The notes under the pieces were generated by a model that had not been told where the DNA came from, made no database searches, and was given only the letters and a program-made list of their open reading frames with translations. 64,000 bases of DNA from an uncultured Clostridia bacterium. Lineage in GTDB: Bacteria; Bacillota; Clostridia; Christensenellales; Borkfalkiaceae. Location of the stretch: contig CANQHG010000007.1 of assembly GCA_947623655.1 (NCBI GenBank), positions 20,390 through 84,389 of the forward strand, in the 5' to 3' direction. Both the position numbers and the translations under genes were made by a program. Of this stretch, positions 40,636 to 48,129 are shown in pieces (position 1 is the first letter of the stretch; every line of letters starts with the position of its first letter).

Positions 40636-40827
40636 ATGATCCCCGTTGAAATCGTTTGGGCGGATGGCAAGAGATATAAGGTCGATCGGGTGATCTCCGC
40701 GTCGAAGGCGCCTCGTTCGGTTCAGGCCGTATTGCCTGTAAGGTATACGGTTGTCGTCGGCGGGGCTATAAAACTGCTTTATTTCGAACCGCAGGGTGAG
40801 AGTTGGTTCGTCGAAGCAAAAGTTTGA
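40636..40827 (+). CDS. Small hypothetical protein (63 aa)
   Basis: ATG at 40636 follows GGGAGGGGG. The longer annotated ORF (from 40495) runs through the galE terminator. No family recognised. Confidence 0.4.
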   Translation: MIPVEIVWADGKRYKVDRVISASKAPRSVQAVLPVRYTVVVGGAIKLLYFEPQGESWFVEAKV

Positions 40828-40855
40828 TTTTTTTGCATTTTTGTCGAAAAATATC

Positions 40856-40884
40856 TTGACGGAAAGTTTGTAATCATGTATAAT
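40856..40884 (+). promoter_or_regulatory. tRNA-Trp promoter
   Basis: TTGACG, 17 nt spacer, TATAAT, ending 11 nt before the tRNA 5' end. Confidence 0.6.
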
Positions 40885-40895
40885 AACATGTGTTT

Positions 40896-40970
40896 AGGGG
40901 AGTAGTTCAATGGTAGAGCAACGGTCTCCAAAACCGTCTGTTGCGTGTTCGAGTCGCGTCTCCCCTGCCA
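40896..40970 (+). tRNA. trnW: tRNA-Trp (anticodon CCA), CCA-encoded
   Basis: Cloverleaf read by hand. Acceptor AGGGGAG/CTCCCCT, D-arm GTTCAATGGTAGAGC, anticodon stem ACGGT/ACCGT with loop CTCCAAA, T-arm GTTCGAGTC, 3' GCCA. Confidence 0.9.
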
Positions 40971-41034
40971 AAACAGCTTGCAGGAAATGTCTGCGGGCTG
41001 TTTTTTGTTCCTTAAAGTCATTTCGGCTTTTTTC

Positions 41035-41063
41035 TTGACTTTTTCCCCGTCATGTTTTACAAT
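41035..41063 (+). promoter_or_regulatory. Promoter placing +1 at or next to the rnhA ATG (leaderless candidate)
   Basis: TTGACT (41035-41040), 17 nt spacer, TACAAT (41058-41063). ATG at 41070 is 6 nt after the -10 box, with no SD sequence. Confidence 0.5.
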
Positions 41064-41069
41064 AGGCGC

Positions 41070-41534
41070 ATGAAGCGAGTGACACTCTATACCGACGGCG
41101 CCTGCTCGGGCAATCCCGGTCCCGGCGGGTGGGGAGCCGTTCTCATTTACGGCGAACACAGTACAAAACTTTCGGGCGGGGAGATCGGGACGACGAACAA
41201 CCGTATGGAGATCACGGCCGTTATCGAGGGCCTCAAGCGGTTAAAATATCCGTGCGAAGTGGATGTTTACTCGGATTCCGCCTATACCGTCAACGCCTTT
41301 GAAAACGGCTGGGTGTATGCATGGGAAAAAAACGGTTGGAAAAAGGCGGATAAAAAGCCTGTCTTGAACGAGGAACTTTGGAAAGAATTGCTCGATCTCG
41401 CTCGTGTCCATAAGGTAAGTTTTCATAAAGTGAAAGGGCATGCCGACAATGAACTAAACAACACATGCGATGAGCTGGCCCGTGCAGCGATCGAAGATCT
41501 GCGAAAAAAACTTATAAAAAACGACATAGACTGA
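41070..41534 (+). CDS. rnhA: Ribonuclease HI
   Basis: LYTDGACSGNPGPGGWG, TNNRMEI and KVKGHADNELNNTCDELA. Confidence 0.92.
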   Translation: MKRVTLYTDGACSGNPGPGGWGAVLIYGEHSTKLSGGEIGTTNNRMEITAVIEGLKRLKYPCEVDVYSDSAYTVNAFENGWVYAWEKNGWKKADKKPVLNEELWKELLDLARVHKVSFHKVKGHADNELNNTCDELARAAIEDLRKKLIKNDID

Positions 41535-41550
41535 TATACTATATTATATT

Positions 41551-42588
41551 ATGGAACGGGAAGAAAAGGCCGTACCTGTCATATACAAGATACTTCATAC
41601 TATAGGGATCGTATGCGGCGCAGTCATCTTCGAACTGTTCCTGTTTTTGTCTTTACGTTATTTCGGCGATTGGCATCCCGCGCTGTGGTGGACCGTGCTG
41701 TCTCTTTCCACTGCCCTGAACATCGCTTTGACGACCGTAGACCTTGTTTTTTACTTTTTGCGGAAGCAGATGGTCTATAAATTCTGCATTATTTCGTTCA
41801 TTTTTCTCGATTTTTTGCTGATCGGCCTCTATGTGCTTCTCAAGACGGGATTTATGGAAGTCATGCGCGACGAGGGGAGTTTTCAGGCGTATGTCGAGCG
41901 CGCGGGAAGCTGGATGACGGTGCTTTTCATTGCTCTGCAATTTTTACAGGTCGTGATCTTGCCCATTCCAAGCACCGTGACGGTCGTTGCGGGGACGGCG
42001 CTTTTCGGCCCCTTAAAGGGAAGTTTGTATAGTCTGACGGGTATCGTTATCGGCTCTCTCGTCGCCTTTTTGGTCGGCCGCTATGCAGGAACGCGCGTCG
42101 TTTCATGGATGGTGGGAAAAGAGACGCTTGAGAAGTGGCTCAAAAAAATCAAGGGAAAAGATAAACTTTTGCTCACCGCAATGTTTCTTTTACCCGTCTT
42201 TCCCGATGATGTGCTCTGCTTTGTAGCGGGTTTTTCATCGATGTCGGTTTGGTACTTTCTGGCGGTGATCCTGATATCAAGGGTACTCGCAATCTTTACA
42301 ACGAGCTACTCCGTCACGATCATTCCGTTCGACACGTGGTGGGGACTTTTGATTTGGGCGATTCTCATTATTGCCGTCATTGTTTTGTTTGTTTTCCTCT
42401 ATAAGAAATCGGACGCGATTCTCGGTTGGTTTGAAAAAAAATTTCACCATGAGACGTGGGTAAAACATGAAAAGAAAAAGGGGGAATTTCTCATCGAGGT
42501 GGTCGATCCCGATGGTTCTATTGTTTCGAAAGGGGTAGAAAAGGACGGCTCGGCGGAAAAAAAGAAAGAAGATATCGGCCATTCTTAA
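41551..42588 (+). CDS. TVP38/TMEM64 (DedA-related) family membrane protein with extra N-terminal helices
   Basis: Core VILPIPSTVTVVAGTALFGPLKGSLYSLTGIVIGSLVAFLVGRYAG. Multiple TM helices and a charged C-terminal tail. Confidence 0.78.
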   Translation: MEREEKAVPVIYKILHTIGIVCGAVIFELFLFLSLRYFGDWHPALWWTVLSLSTALNIALTTVDLVFYFLRKQMVYKFCIISFIFLDFLLIGLYVLLKTGFMEVMRDEGSFQAYVERAGSWMTVLFIALQFLQVVILPIPSTVTVVAGTALFGPLKGSLYSLTGIVIGSLVAFLVGRYAGTRVVSWMVGKETLEKWLKKIKGKDKLLLTAMFLLPVFPDDVLCFVAGFSSMSVWYFLAVILISRVLAIFTTSYSVTIIPFDTWWGLLIWAILIIAVIVLFVFLYKKSDAILGWFEKKFHHETWVKHEKKKGEFLIEVVDPDGSIVSKGVEKDGSAEKKKEDIGHS

Positions 42589-42616
42589 TGGAAATCGATC
42601 GGAGAAAATAGGATTC

Positions 42617-42648
42617 AAGCGGTTTGCAAACAGGTCAAACCGCTTTTT
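42617..42648 (+). terminator. Terminator after the TVP38-family gene
   Basis: AAGCGGTTTG-N9-CAAACCGCTT followed by TTT. Confidence 0.65.
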
Positions 42649-42706
42649 GGTATACGAAAACCACGCGTAGTCGCGTGGTTCAAAAGAGGCTTTGCCGATA
42701 AACATG

Positions 42707-42789
42707 AACGTTTCTCGGCTGCCCTTGAGGGACGCAAAACGCAATTCTGCGCATCAGCACAGTGCGCTGCGTTTTGCGATGAGTGAGCG
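42707..42789. repeat. Left inverted repeat (IR-L) flanking the recombinase gene
   Basis: CCCTTGAGGG-A-CGCAAAACGCAATT...GCTGCGTTTTGCG-ATGAGTG. Its reverse complement recurs at 44153-44240. Confidence 0.75.
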
Positions 42790-42990
42790 CATTATCCCGC
42801 GCGAACGGTGACCGAAGGCAGGATCGACCTGCCCGAGACGGCTGGTGCGAACGTAGTGAGCCCAAGAGGTTTCGAAAACCTCTCTGTCACTCGCAAACTC
42901 GTGACATCTCCCCTACGAGGGGCGACGAGCGACACCCCTGTCGTCACTCGCGTTGCTCGTGACACCCCTCAAGGGGTGGGCATGGACAAA
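42790..42990. repeat. GC-rich REP-like hairpin cluster
   Basis: Repeated GTCACTCGC-NNN-CTCGTGACA units and CCCCT-N-AGGGG hairpins (42886-42985). Non-coding by composition. Confidence 0.55.
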
Positions 42991-43241
42991 GACCTGCCAG
43001 TCTAAAAAATTTACACCAATCGGAGGATGTTAAATAACGGAGCAAAATAAAACTACAATACCACATTCAGTTTAGCACAAGGCAAATATTCTTGGGAATA
43101 AATTCAACAAATAACTCCTCACCAACAAGTCCGGAATAGAGAGTAGAGAAAATTTCTCTGCTCTTTTTATATAGACATTGGAATGAATATGTCGATAATT
43201 AATAAAGCGTATAATTTTATTTGAACGATCAGGAGGTACAT

Positions 43242-44138
43242 ATGTTATACAAAAAATGGCTCAATGAGTGGCTTGCGGTCTGCGTGAAACCTACGGTAAA
43301 GCAGAGAACTTACGAAAAGTACGAACGTATTTGTCAAAAACATCTCTTATCGCTCGGAAATTATCGGCTCGATGAGCTCACCGCGCCCGTCTTGCAGACG
43401 TTTGTCGCAAACAAAACGTCTTGCCTTTCGCCCAATACAGTGAATGTCATCATCTCCGTCCTCAAAAATTCCCTCAAAAAGGCCGTCACCCTCGGGGTAA
43501 CGGAGCGGGAATATGCGGACGGCGTCTCCCGCCCCCGCGCGTCGGAGAAGAAAATTGAGTGTTTCTTTAAAGAGGAACAAAAGAAACTCGAGACGGCCGT
43601 CCTCAAGGGCCCAAAAAGGCTCGTCGGCGTGCTCCTCTGCCTCTATACGGGGCTGCGCATCGGCGAGCTTCTCGCCCTCACATGGGACGATATCGATTTT
43701 GCGGATGGGGTCCTTTCTGTCACGAAGTCTTGTCATGACGGATGGGGGAAAGAGGGCTACAGAAGAATCATCGAATCCCCCAAAACAGGGAGTTCCGTTC
43801 GCCTTATCCCCGTTCCGAAACAGTTACAAGGGATGCTGAAAAGGGTGAAAAAGGAGATCGGCGGGACATACGTTGTCGGCGGGGACAAGCTCATATCGGT
43901 GCGTGCCTATCAGCGGAGTTTTGAATTGCTCTTAAAAAAACTGAATATCCCGCGCCGCGGATTTCACGTGCTCCGCCACACATTTGCTACCCGCGCCATC
44001 GAATGCGGGGTCGACGTAAAGACGCTTGCCGAGTTCTTGGGGCACAAAAATCCCACAGTAACGCTCAATCGCTACGTGCACAGCCTCATGGAGCACAAAC
44101 ACATGATGATGAACCGCCTCGGAAAACTTTTACAATAA
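43242..44138 (+). CDS. Tyrosine site-specific recombinase (phage-integrase family)
   Basis: SAM-like N-domain. Catalytic signature LRIGELLALTWDDID, HVLRHTFAT and LGHKNPTVTLNRYVH. ATG at 43242 follows CAGGAGG. Confidence 0.9.
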   Translation: MLYKKWLNEWLAVCVKPTVKQRTYEKYERICQKHLLSLGNYRLDELTAPVLQTFVANKTSCLSPNTVNVIISVLKNSLKKAVTLGVTEREYADGVSRPRASEKKIECFFKEEQKKLETAVLKGPKRLVGVLLCLYTGLRIGELLALTWDDIDFADGVLSVTKSCHDGWGKEGYRRIIESPKTGSSVRLIPVPKQLQGMLKRVKKEIGGTYVVGGDKLISVRAYQRSFELLLKKLNIPRRGFHVLRHTFATRAIECGVDVKTLAEFLGHKNPTVTLNRYVHSLMEHKHMMMNRLGKLLQ

Positions 44139-44152
44139 AAAAGCGAGCGGGG

Positions 44153-44240
44153 CACTCACCGCAAAACGCAGCGTACAACAAACCGTTCTGATGTGCAAAA
44201 ATTGCGTTTTGCGACCCTCAAGGGGGAGCCGAGGGAGTTC
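44153..44240. repeat. Right inverted repeat (IR-R) flanking the recombinase gene
   Basis: CACTCAC-CGCAAAACGCAGC...AATTGCGTTTTGCG-A-CCCTCAAGGGGGAGCCGAGGGAGTTC, the reverse complement of IR-L (about 75-80% identity by eye). Confidence 0.75.
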
Positions 44241-44357
44241 GCTTTGCCCACCCCTTGAGGGATGGGGGGACAGTAGCCGAGGTTGCCGTGCGGCCTCAAA
44301 AAAATGAAATTGTACTCATAAGAAGTCAATGATTGGGTAATATTCCTGCCCCGTTGA

Positions 44358-45170
44358 ATGCCCCGCATAATTTCTGACAAAGGAACTCCCGCAGAAGAAC
44401 AAACACAGACCATCGATGTGCAATCCACCGACGAAGAAGAAGCAGATGGATATGTTGCTCCTTCCGAGGAACAGGCGGAAGGAATTCTTTTAGAGGAAGT
44501 TTCTCCCATTCTCGCAGAAGCGCCTGTCGAGGAAAGTTCCTCCGAGGAAAGCTCTGAGAGCGCGGAAGAAGCAGTCGTGACAATAGCGGACGAGGAAACT
44601 CTCACCGAAGAACAAACATCAATTGACGATGAGCAATCCACCAACGTGGAAGAAAAGGCGGAAGATGTTGTTCCCGCCGAGGATCAGGCGGAAAGAATGC
44701 TCTTTGAGGAAGTGTCTCTCACTCTCGCAGAAACGCCTGTCGAGGAGAATTCTTCTGCGGAAAACGCGGAAGAAGCCACCGTGATAATGGCGGACGGGGA
44801 AACTCCCGCAGAACAGCCCGCAGAAGAAGCCCCCCCTGTAGAAGAGCCCGTCGAAGAACCTGCTCCCGCAGAAGAGGAGCCCGTTATCGAGGAACTTTCA
44901 AAAAGCGAGATCCGCGATGTTGAGACCTATGAGGAGACAAAAAAGGACGAGGACGGCATTGAGGTCGTCGGCGTGATGTTCCGCCGCCGCGGCAGGAAGG
45001 TGTATTGGTTCGATCCCGCAGGCAAAACATGGGAGAAAGGTGAGATCGCGCTCTACAAGTCGCCCGACAATCCTCCGCAGGAAGTCATCGTTGTGGATAA
45101 TGCAAAGCGCTCGCCGAGCAAGTTGCACCTCCCCCTGAAACCACTGTATAAGGCGACCCGACGCCCGTAG
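44358..45170 (+). CDS. Acidic tandem-repeat protein with a basic C-terminal domain (possibly a gene fragment)
   Basis: 270-aa ORF. The ATG immediately follows an in-frame TGA and has no SD. Two repeats of about 68 aa rich in E/D/S, then VVGVMFRRRGRKVYWFDPAGKTWEKGE. Confidence 0.45.
   Translation: MPRIISDKGTPAEEQTQTIDVQSTDEEEADGYVAPSEEQAEGILLEEVSPILAEAPVEESSSEESSESAEEAVVTIADEETLTEEQTSIDDEQSTNVEEKAEDVVPAEDQAERMLFEEVSLTLAETPVEENSSAENAEEATVIMADGETPAEQPAEEAPPVEEPVEEPAPAEEEPVIEELSKSEIRDVETYEETKKDEDGIEVVGVMFRRRGRKVYWFDPAGKTWEKGEIALYKSPDNPPQEVIVVDNAKRSPSKLHLPLKPLYKATRRP
44400..44816 (+). repeat. Coding tandem duplication (2 units of about 205 bp) inside the acidic ORF
   Basis: Unit 1 TIDVQSTDEEEADGYVAPSEEQAEGILLEEVS...AEEAVVTIADEET is paralleled by unit 2 SIDDEQSTNVEEKAEDVVPAEDQAERMLFEEVS...AEEATVIMADGET. 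Confidence 0.8.
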
Positions 45171-45316
45171 CCGCCGAAGAAGAGATAAACCGGAACGGCA
45201 TCGGAATAACGCACGCAAAAGGCACGCCCGCAGGTGTGCCTTTTTTGCTATTACGCTATTTCTGCCAAGTTATGGAAAATGTAGAAAGATTGCGCAAAAA
45301 ATTTTTTTCAAAAATG

Positions 45317-45368
45317 TTGACACAGTGTCAGAATTGTGTTATATTTACATTGACACGACGTCAGAATG
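45317..45368 (+). promoter_or_regulatory. Promoter with duplicated TTGACAC-N3-GTCAGAAT operator upstream of the TetR gene
   Basis: TTGACACAGTGTCAGAATT (45317-45335; contains palindrome TGACAC-A-GTGTCA) and TTGACACGACGTCAGAATG (45350-45368). The -10 box TATATT lies at 45340-45345. Confidence 0.55.
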
Positions 45369-45389
45369 CTGTATGAAAGGGGAAACACG

Positions 45390-46019
45390 ATGCCAAAGGG
45401 TTCTAAAGAATTGACCGACGCGAGAAAGGATGAGATCGTGAACGCGTGCGAAAAACTCTATAAAACGATGAGTTTCAAGGATATTACCATTAAGGAGATC
45501 GGCGCGGTTACGTCTTTTACGCGCACCTCGATCTATAATTATTTTGAAACGAAAGAAGAGATCTTTCTTGCTCTCCTCAAAAGGGAATATGAAAAGTTGA
45601 TCGAAAGTCTGAACACGCTTACCGAAGAGAACGTCGCGTTGTCTTCCGAAGAGCTCGCTTCTGCTCTTGCCCGCATTTTCGAAGAAAGGAGCTTGCTTTT
45701 GAAACTCATGACGATGAACAACTATGATATGGAAGCGTGCAGCCGTCCTGAAAACCTTGCGGAGTTCAAGGAGTCTTACGGCGAATCGTTGAGAGCGCTC
45801 GATAGATGTTTTTCGAAATTTACGGGATATCCGAAAGGGGAGAGGGAAGAACTTTTATATATTTTCTTGCCATTTGTCTATGGCATTTATCCGTATGCGG
45901 AAGTCACGGAAAAGCAGCGCGTAGCCATGACGGAAGCCAAAGTACCGTTTGTCTATCATTCGGTCTATGAACTTACCTATAACTGTGTAAAAAATCTGCT
46001 GAAAGGCAAAGGAGAATAA
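45390..46019 (+). CDS. TetR/AcrR family transcriptional regulator
   Basis: N-terminal HTH SFKDITIKEIGAVTSFTRTSIYNYF. About 209 aa. Confidence 0.88.
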   Translation: MPKGSKELTDARKDEIVNACEKLYKTMSFKDITIKEIGAVTSFTRTSIYNYFETKEEIFLALLKREYEKLIESLNTLTEENVALSSEELASALARIFEERSLLLKLMTMNNYDMEACSRPENLAEFKESYGESLRALDRCFSKFTGYPKGEREELLYIFLPFVYGIYPYAEVTEKQRVAMTEAKVPFVYHSVYELTYNCVKNLLKGKGE

Positions 46020-46023
46020 AATC

Positions 46024-46500
46024 ATGAAAAAAATTCTTGTAGCGTATTTTTCGGCGAGCGGAACCACGAAGAAAGCGGCGGCCCTTCTTGCGAAAGCGGC
46101 GAACGCCGACCTCTTTGAAATCGAGCCTAAGACGCCATACTCAGCGGCGGACCTCGATTGGACGAACAAAAAGAGCCGCTCAACGCTCGAAATGAACGAC
46201 CCCGCTTCCCGTCCGAAGATCGGGAATCACCTTGAAAACTTGGCGGACTATGACGTCGTGTTCCTCGGCTTCCCCGTATGGTGGTACACCGCGCCGACCA
46301 TTATCAAGACTTTTCTCGAAAGTTACGATTTTGCGGGCAAACAAATCGTTCTCTTTGCGACGAGCGGCGGAAGCGGACTCGGAAGAACGGAGAGCGCATT
46401 AAAGGCTTGCGCTCCGAACGCAGTCTGGAAAGGCGGAAAGCTTATAAACGGCGCAACCGAAAGCTCGCTTAAATCTTGGGTTGAGAGTTTGAATTTATGA
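46024..46500 (+). CDS. Flavodoxin
   Basis: MKKILVAYFSASGTTKK, FLGFPVWWYTAP and LFATSGGSG. Confidence 0.85.
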   Translation: MKKILVAYFSASGTTKKAAALLAKAANADLFEIEPKTPYSAADLDWTNKKSRSTLEMNDPASRPKIGNHLENLADYDVVFLGFPVWWYTAPTIIKTFLESYDFAGKQIVLFATSGGSGLGRTESALKACAPNAVWKGGKLINGATESSLKSWVESLNL

Positions 46501-47060
46501 AAATTGTGATTTTGACAGGCAGTCCGCAAAAGCACGGCTCGTCCAATATGCTCGCAGAGCAATTTATCAAAGGCGCAAAAGAAGCGGGCAACAGCGTTTC
46601 CGTTATTGACACGGCGCATTGTAACGTCAAGCCCTGCACGGGTTGCGTACGGTGCGGATACGGCGGTCCCTGCGCGTAAAAAGACGATATGGGTTCGGAG
46701 AGTGGCGTAATGCGCGGGATCAAAGCGGAAATACTCGGTGCGGATATGATCGTATTTGTTACACCGCTCTATTACTACGGAATGTCCGCACAGCTCAAAA
46801 TTGTCATCGACCGTTTCTGCGCGTTCAACGGCGAAATTCAGAGAAAGCACATGAATTCGGCGCTCATCTCCGTCGCGTGGAACGCAGACAGTTGGACGTT
46901 TGAAGCGTTAGAGGCACATTATAAAACGCTTGTACGGTATCTGAATTTCGTGGACTGCGGAATGATTCTTGGGAAAGGTTGCGGAACGCCCGATATGACA
47001 GCTCGCTCCCGCTATATGGCGGAAGCCTATGGGCTTGGCAAGAGCCTCATAAATCAATAA
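46497..47060 (+). pseudogene. NAD(P)H-dependent FMN reductase / iron-sulfur flavoprotein-like gene interrupted by an in-frame TAA
   Basis: MKIVILTGSPQKHGSSNML...CTGCVRCGYGGPCA-TAA(46677-46679)-KDDM...ADMIVFVTPLYYYGMSAQLK continues in the same frame. Confidence 0.7.
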
Positions 47061-47073
47061 AAGGAGTTTTGAT

Positions 47074-47826
47074 ATGAAAAAAATCACACAGGACGCGGGA
47101 AGAAAGGCGCTCGGGGAGTTCGCTCCCGACTTCGCGCATTTTAACGACGATATTCTCTTCGGCGAGAATTGGAACAATCATGATATCGACCACAAGACGC
47201 GGTGCATCATCACGGTCGTTGCGCTCATGTCGTCGGGCATTACGGATAGTTCGCTCAAGTACCATTTGGAAAATGCCAAAAAGGCGGGGGTGACGAAGAA
47301 AGAAATTGCTGCGGTCGTTACGCACGTCGGTTTTTACGCCGGATGGCCCAAGGCGTGGGCGGTATTCAACATGGCGAAAGAAGTCTGGGCGGCAGAGAGC
47401 GCGGAAACAGAAATGGCATCGCACGAAAATTCAATGATTTTCCCTATCGGCGCTCCCAACGACGGTTTCAAGCAGTATTTCAGCGGGAGAAGTTATCTTG
47501 CGCCCGTCTCCAAAGAACAGGTCGGCATCTTCAATGTCACATTCGAGCCCGCTTGCCGCAATAATTGGCATATCCACCATGCAACAAAAGGAGGCGGCCA
47601 AATTCTCATCGCGCTCGCGGGGCGCGGTTGGTATCAAGAGTGGGGGAAAGAGGCCGTGGAGATGAAGCCGGGGGACTGTATCAACATCCCTGCAGGGGTG
47701 AAGCATTGGCACGGTGCGGCAAAAAACAGTTGGTTCTCTCACCTTGCGATCGAAGTCCCGGGCGAAAACGGATCGAATGAATGGTTGGAACCCGTGAGTG
47801 AAGAAGAATATAATCAACTTCCCTGA
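47074..47826 (+). CDS. Carboxymuconolactone decarboxylase-family domain fused to a cupin domain
   Basis: N-terminal CMD/AhpD-like half (THVGFYAGWPKAW). C-terminal cupin half (NNWHIHHATKGGGQIL, GVKHWHGA). Confidence 0.72.
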   Translation: MKKITQDAGRKALGEFAPDFAHFNDDILFGENWNNHDIDHKTRCIITVVALMSSGITDSSLKYHLENAKKAGVTKKEIAAVVTHVGFYAGWPKAWAVFNMAKEVWAAESAETEMASHENSMIFPIGAPNDGFKQYFSGRSYLAPVSKEQVGIFNVTFEPACRNNWHIHHATKGGGQILIALAGRGWYQEWGKEAVEMKPGDCINIPAGVKHWHGAAKNSWFSHLAIEVPGENGSNEWLEPVSEEEYNQLP

Positions 47827-47834
47827 GGTGCGAC

Positions 47835-48128
47835 ATGGCATTGACGGTCAATATCTATTACACGGGGACGAACGGCAACGCGAAAAAGTTTGCGGAAGAG
47901 ATGCAATCGAGCGGTATTGTGGATAAAATCCGCGCCGAACAAGGCAATCTGCGCTATGAATATTTTTTGCCGATGGACGATCCCGAAACAGTCTTGCTCA
48001 TTGACGCATGGGAAAGTCAAGATGCGCTCGACTTTCATCACAAAAGCCCGATGATGAAAGAAATCGCCGCCCTCCGGGAGAAGTATCGCCTCAAAATGCG
48101 TGTGCAAAAATTCAGTGAGGTGAAATAG
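47835..48128 (+). CDS. ABM-domain (antibiotic biosynthesis monooxygenase-like) protein
   Basis: 97 aa. LLIDAWESQDALDFHHKSPMM is typical of ABM/quinol monooxygenase-like proteins. Confidence 0.7.
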   Translation: MALTVNIYYTGTNGNAKKFAEEMQSSGIVDKIRAEQGNLRYEYFLPMDDPETVLLIDAWESQDALDFHHKSPMMKEIAALREKYRLKMRVQKFSEVK

Positions 48129-48129
48129 T

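Noticed and set aside
40779-41159. 126-aa minus-strand ORF
   Set aside because: It overlaps tRNA-Trp, its promoter and the rnhA start, so it is not credible as coding.
44400-44816. CRISPR-like or satellite repeat (also 59118-59290)
   Set aside because: Both are in-frame coding tandem repeats inside long ORFs. They have no repeat-spacer structure and no cas genes.
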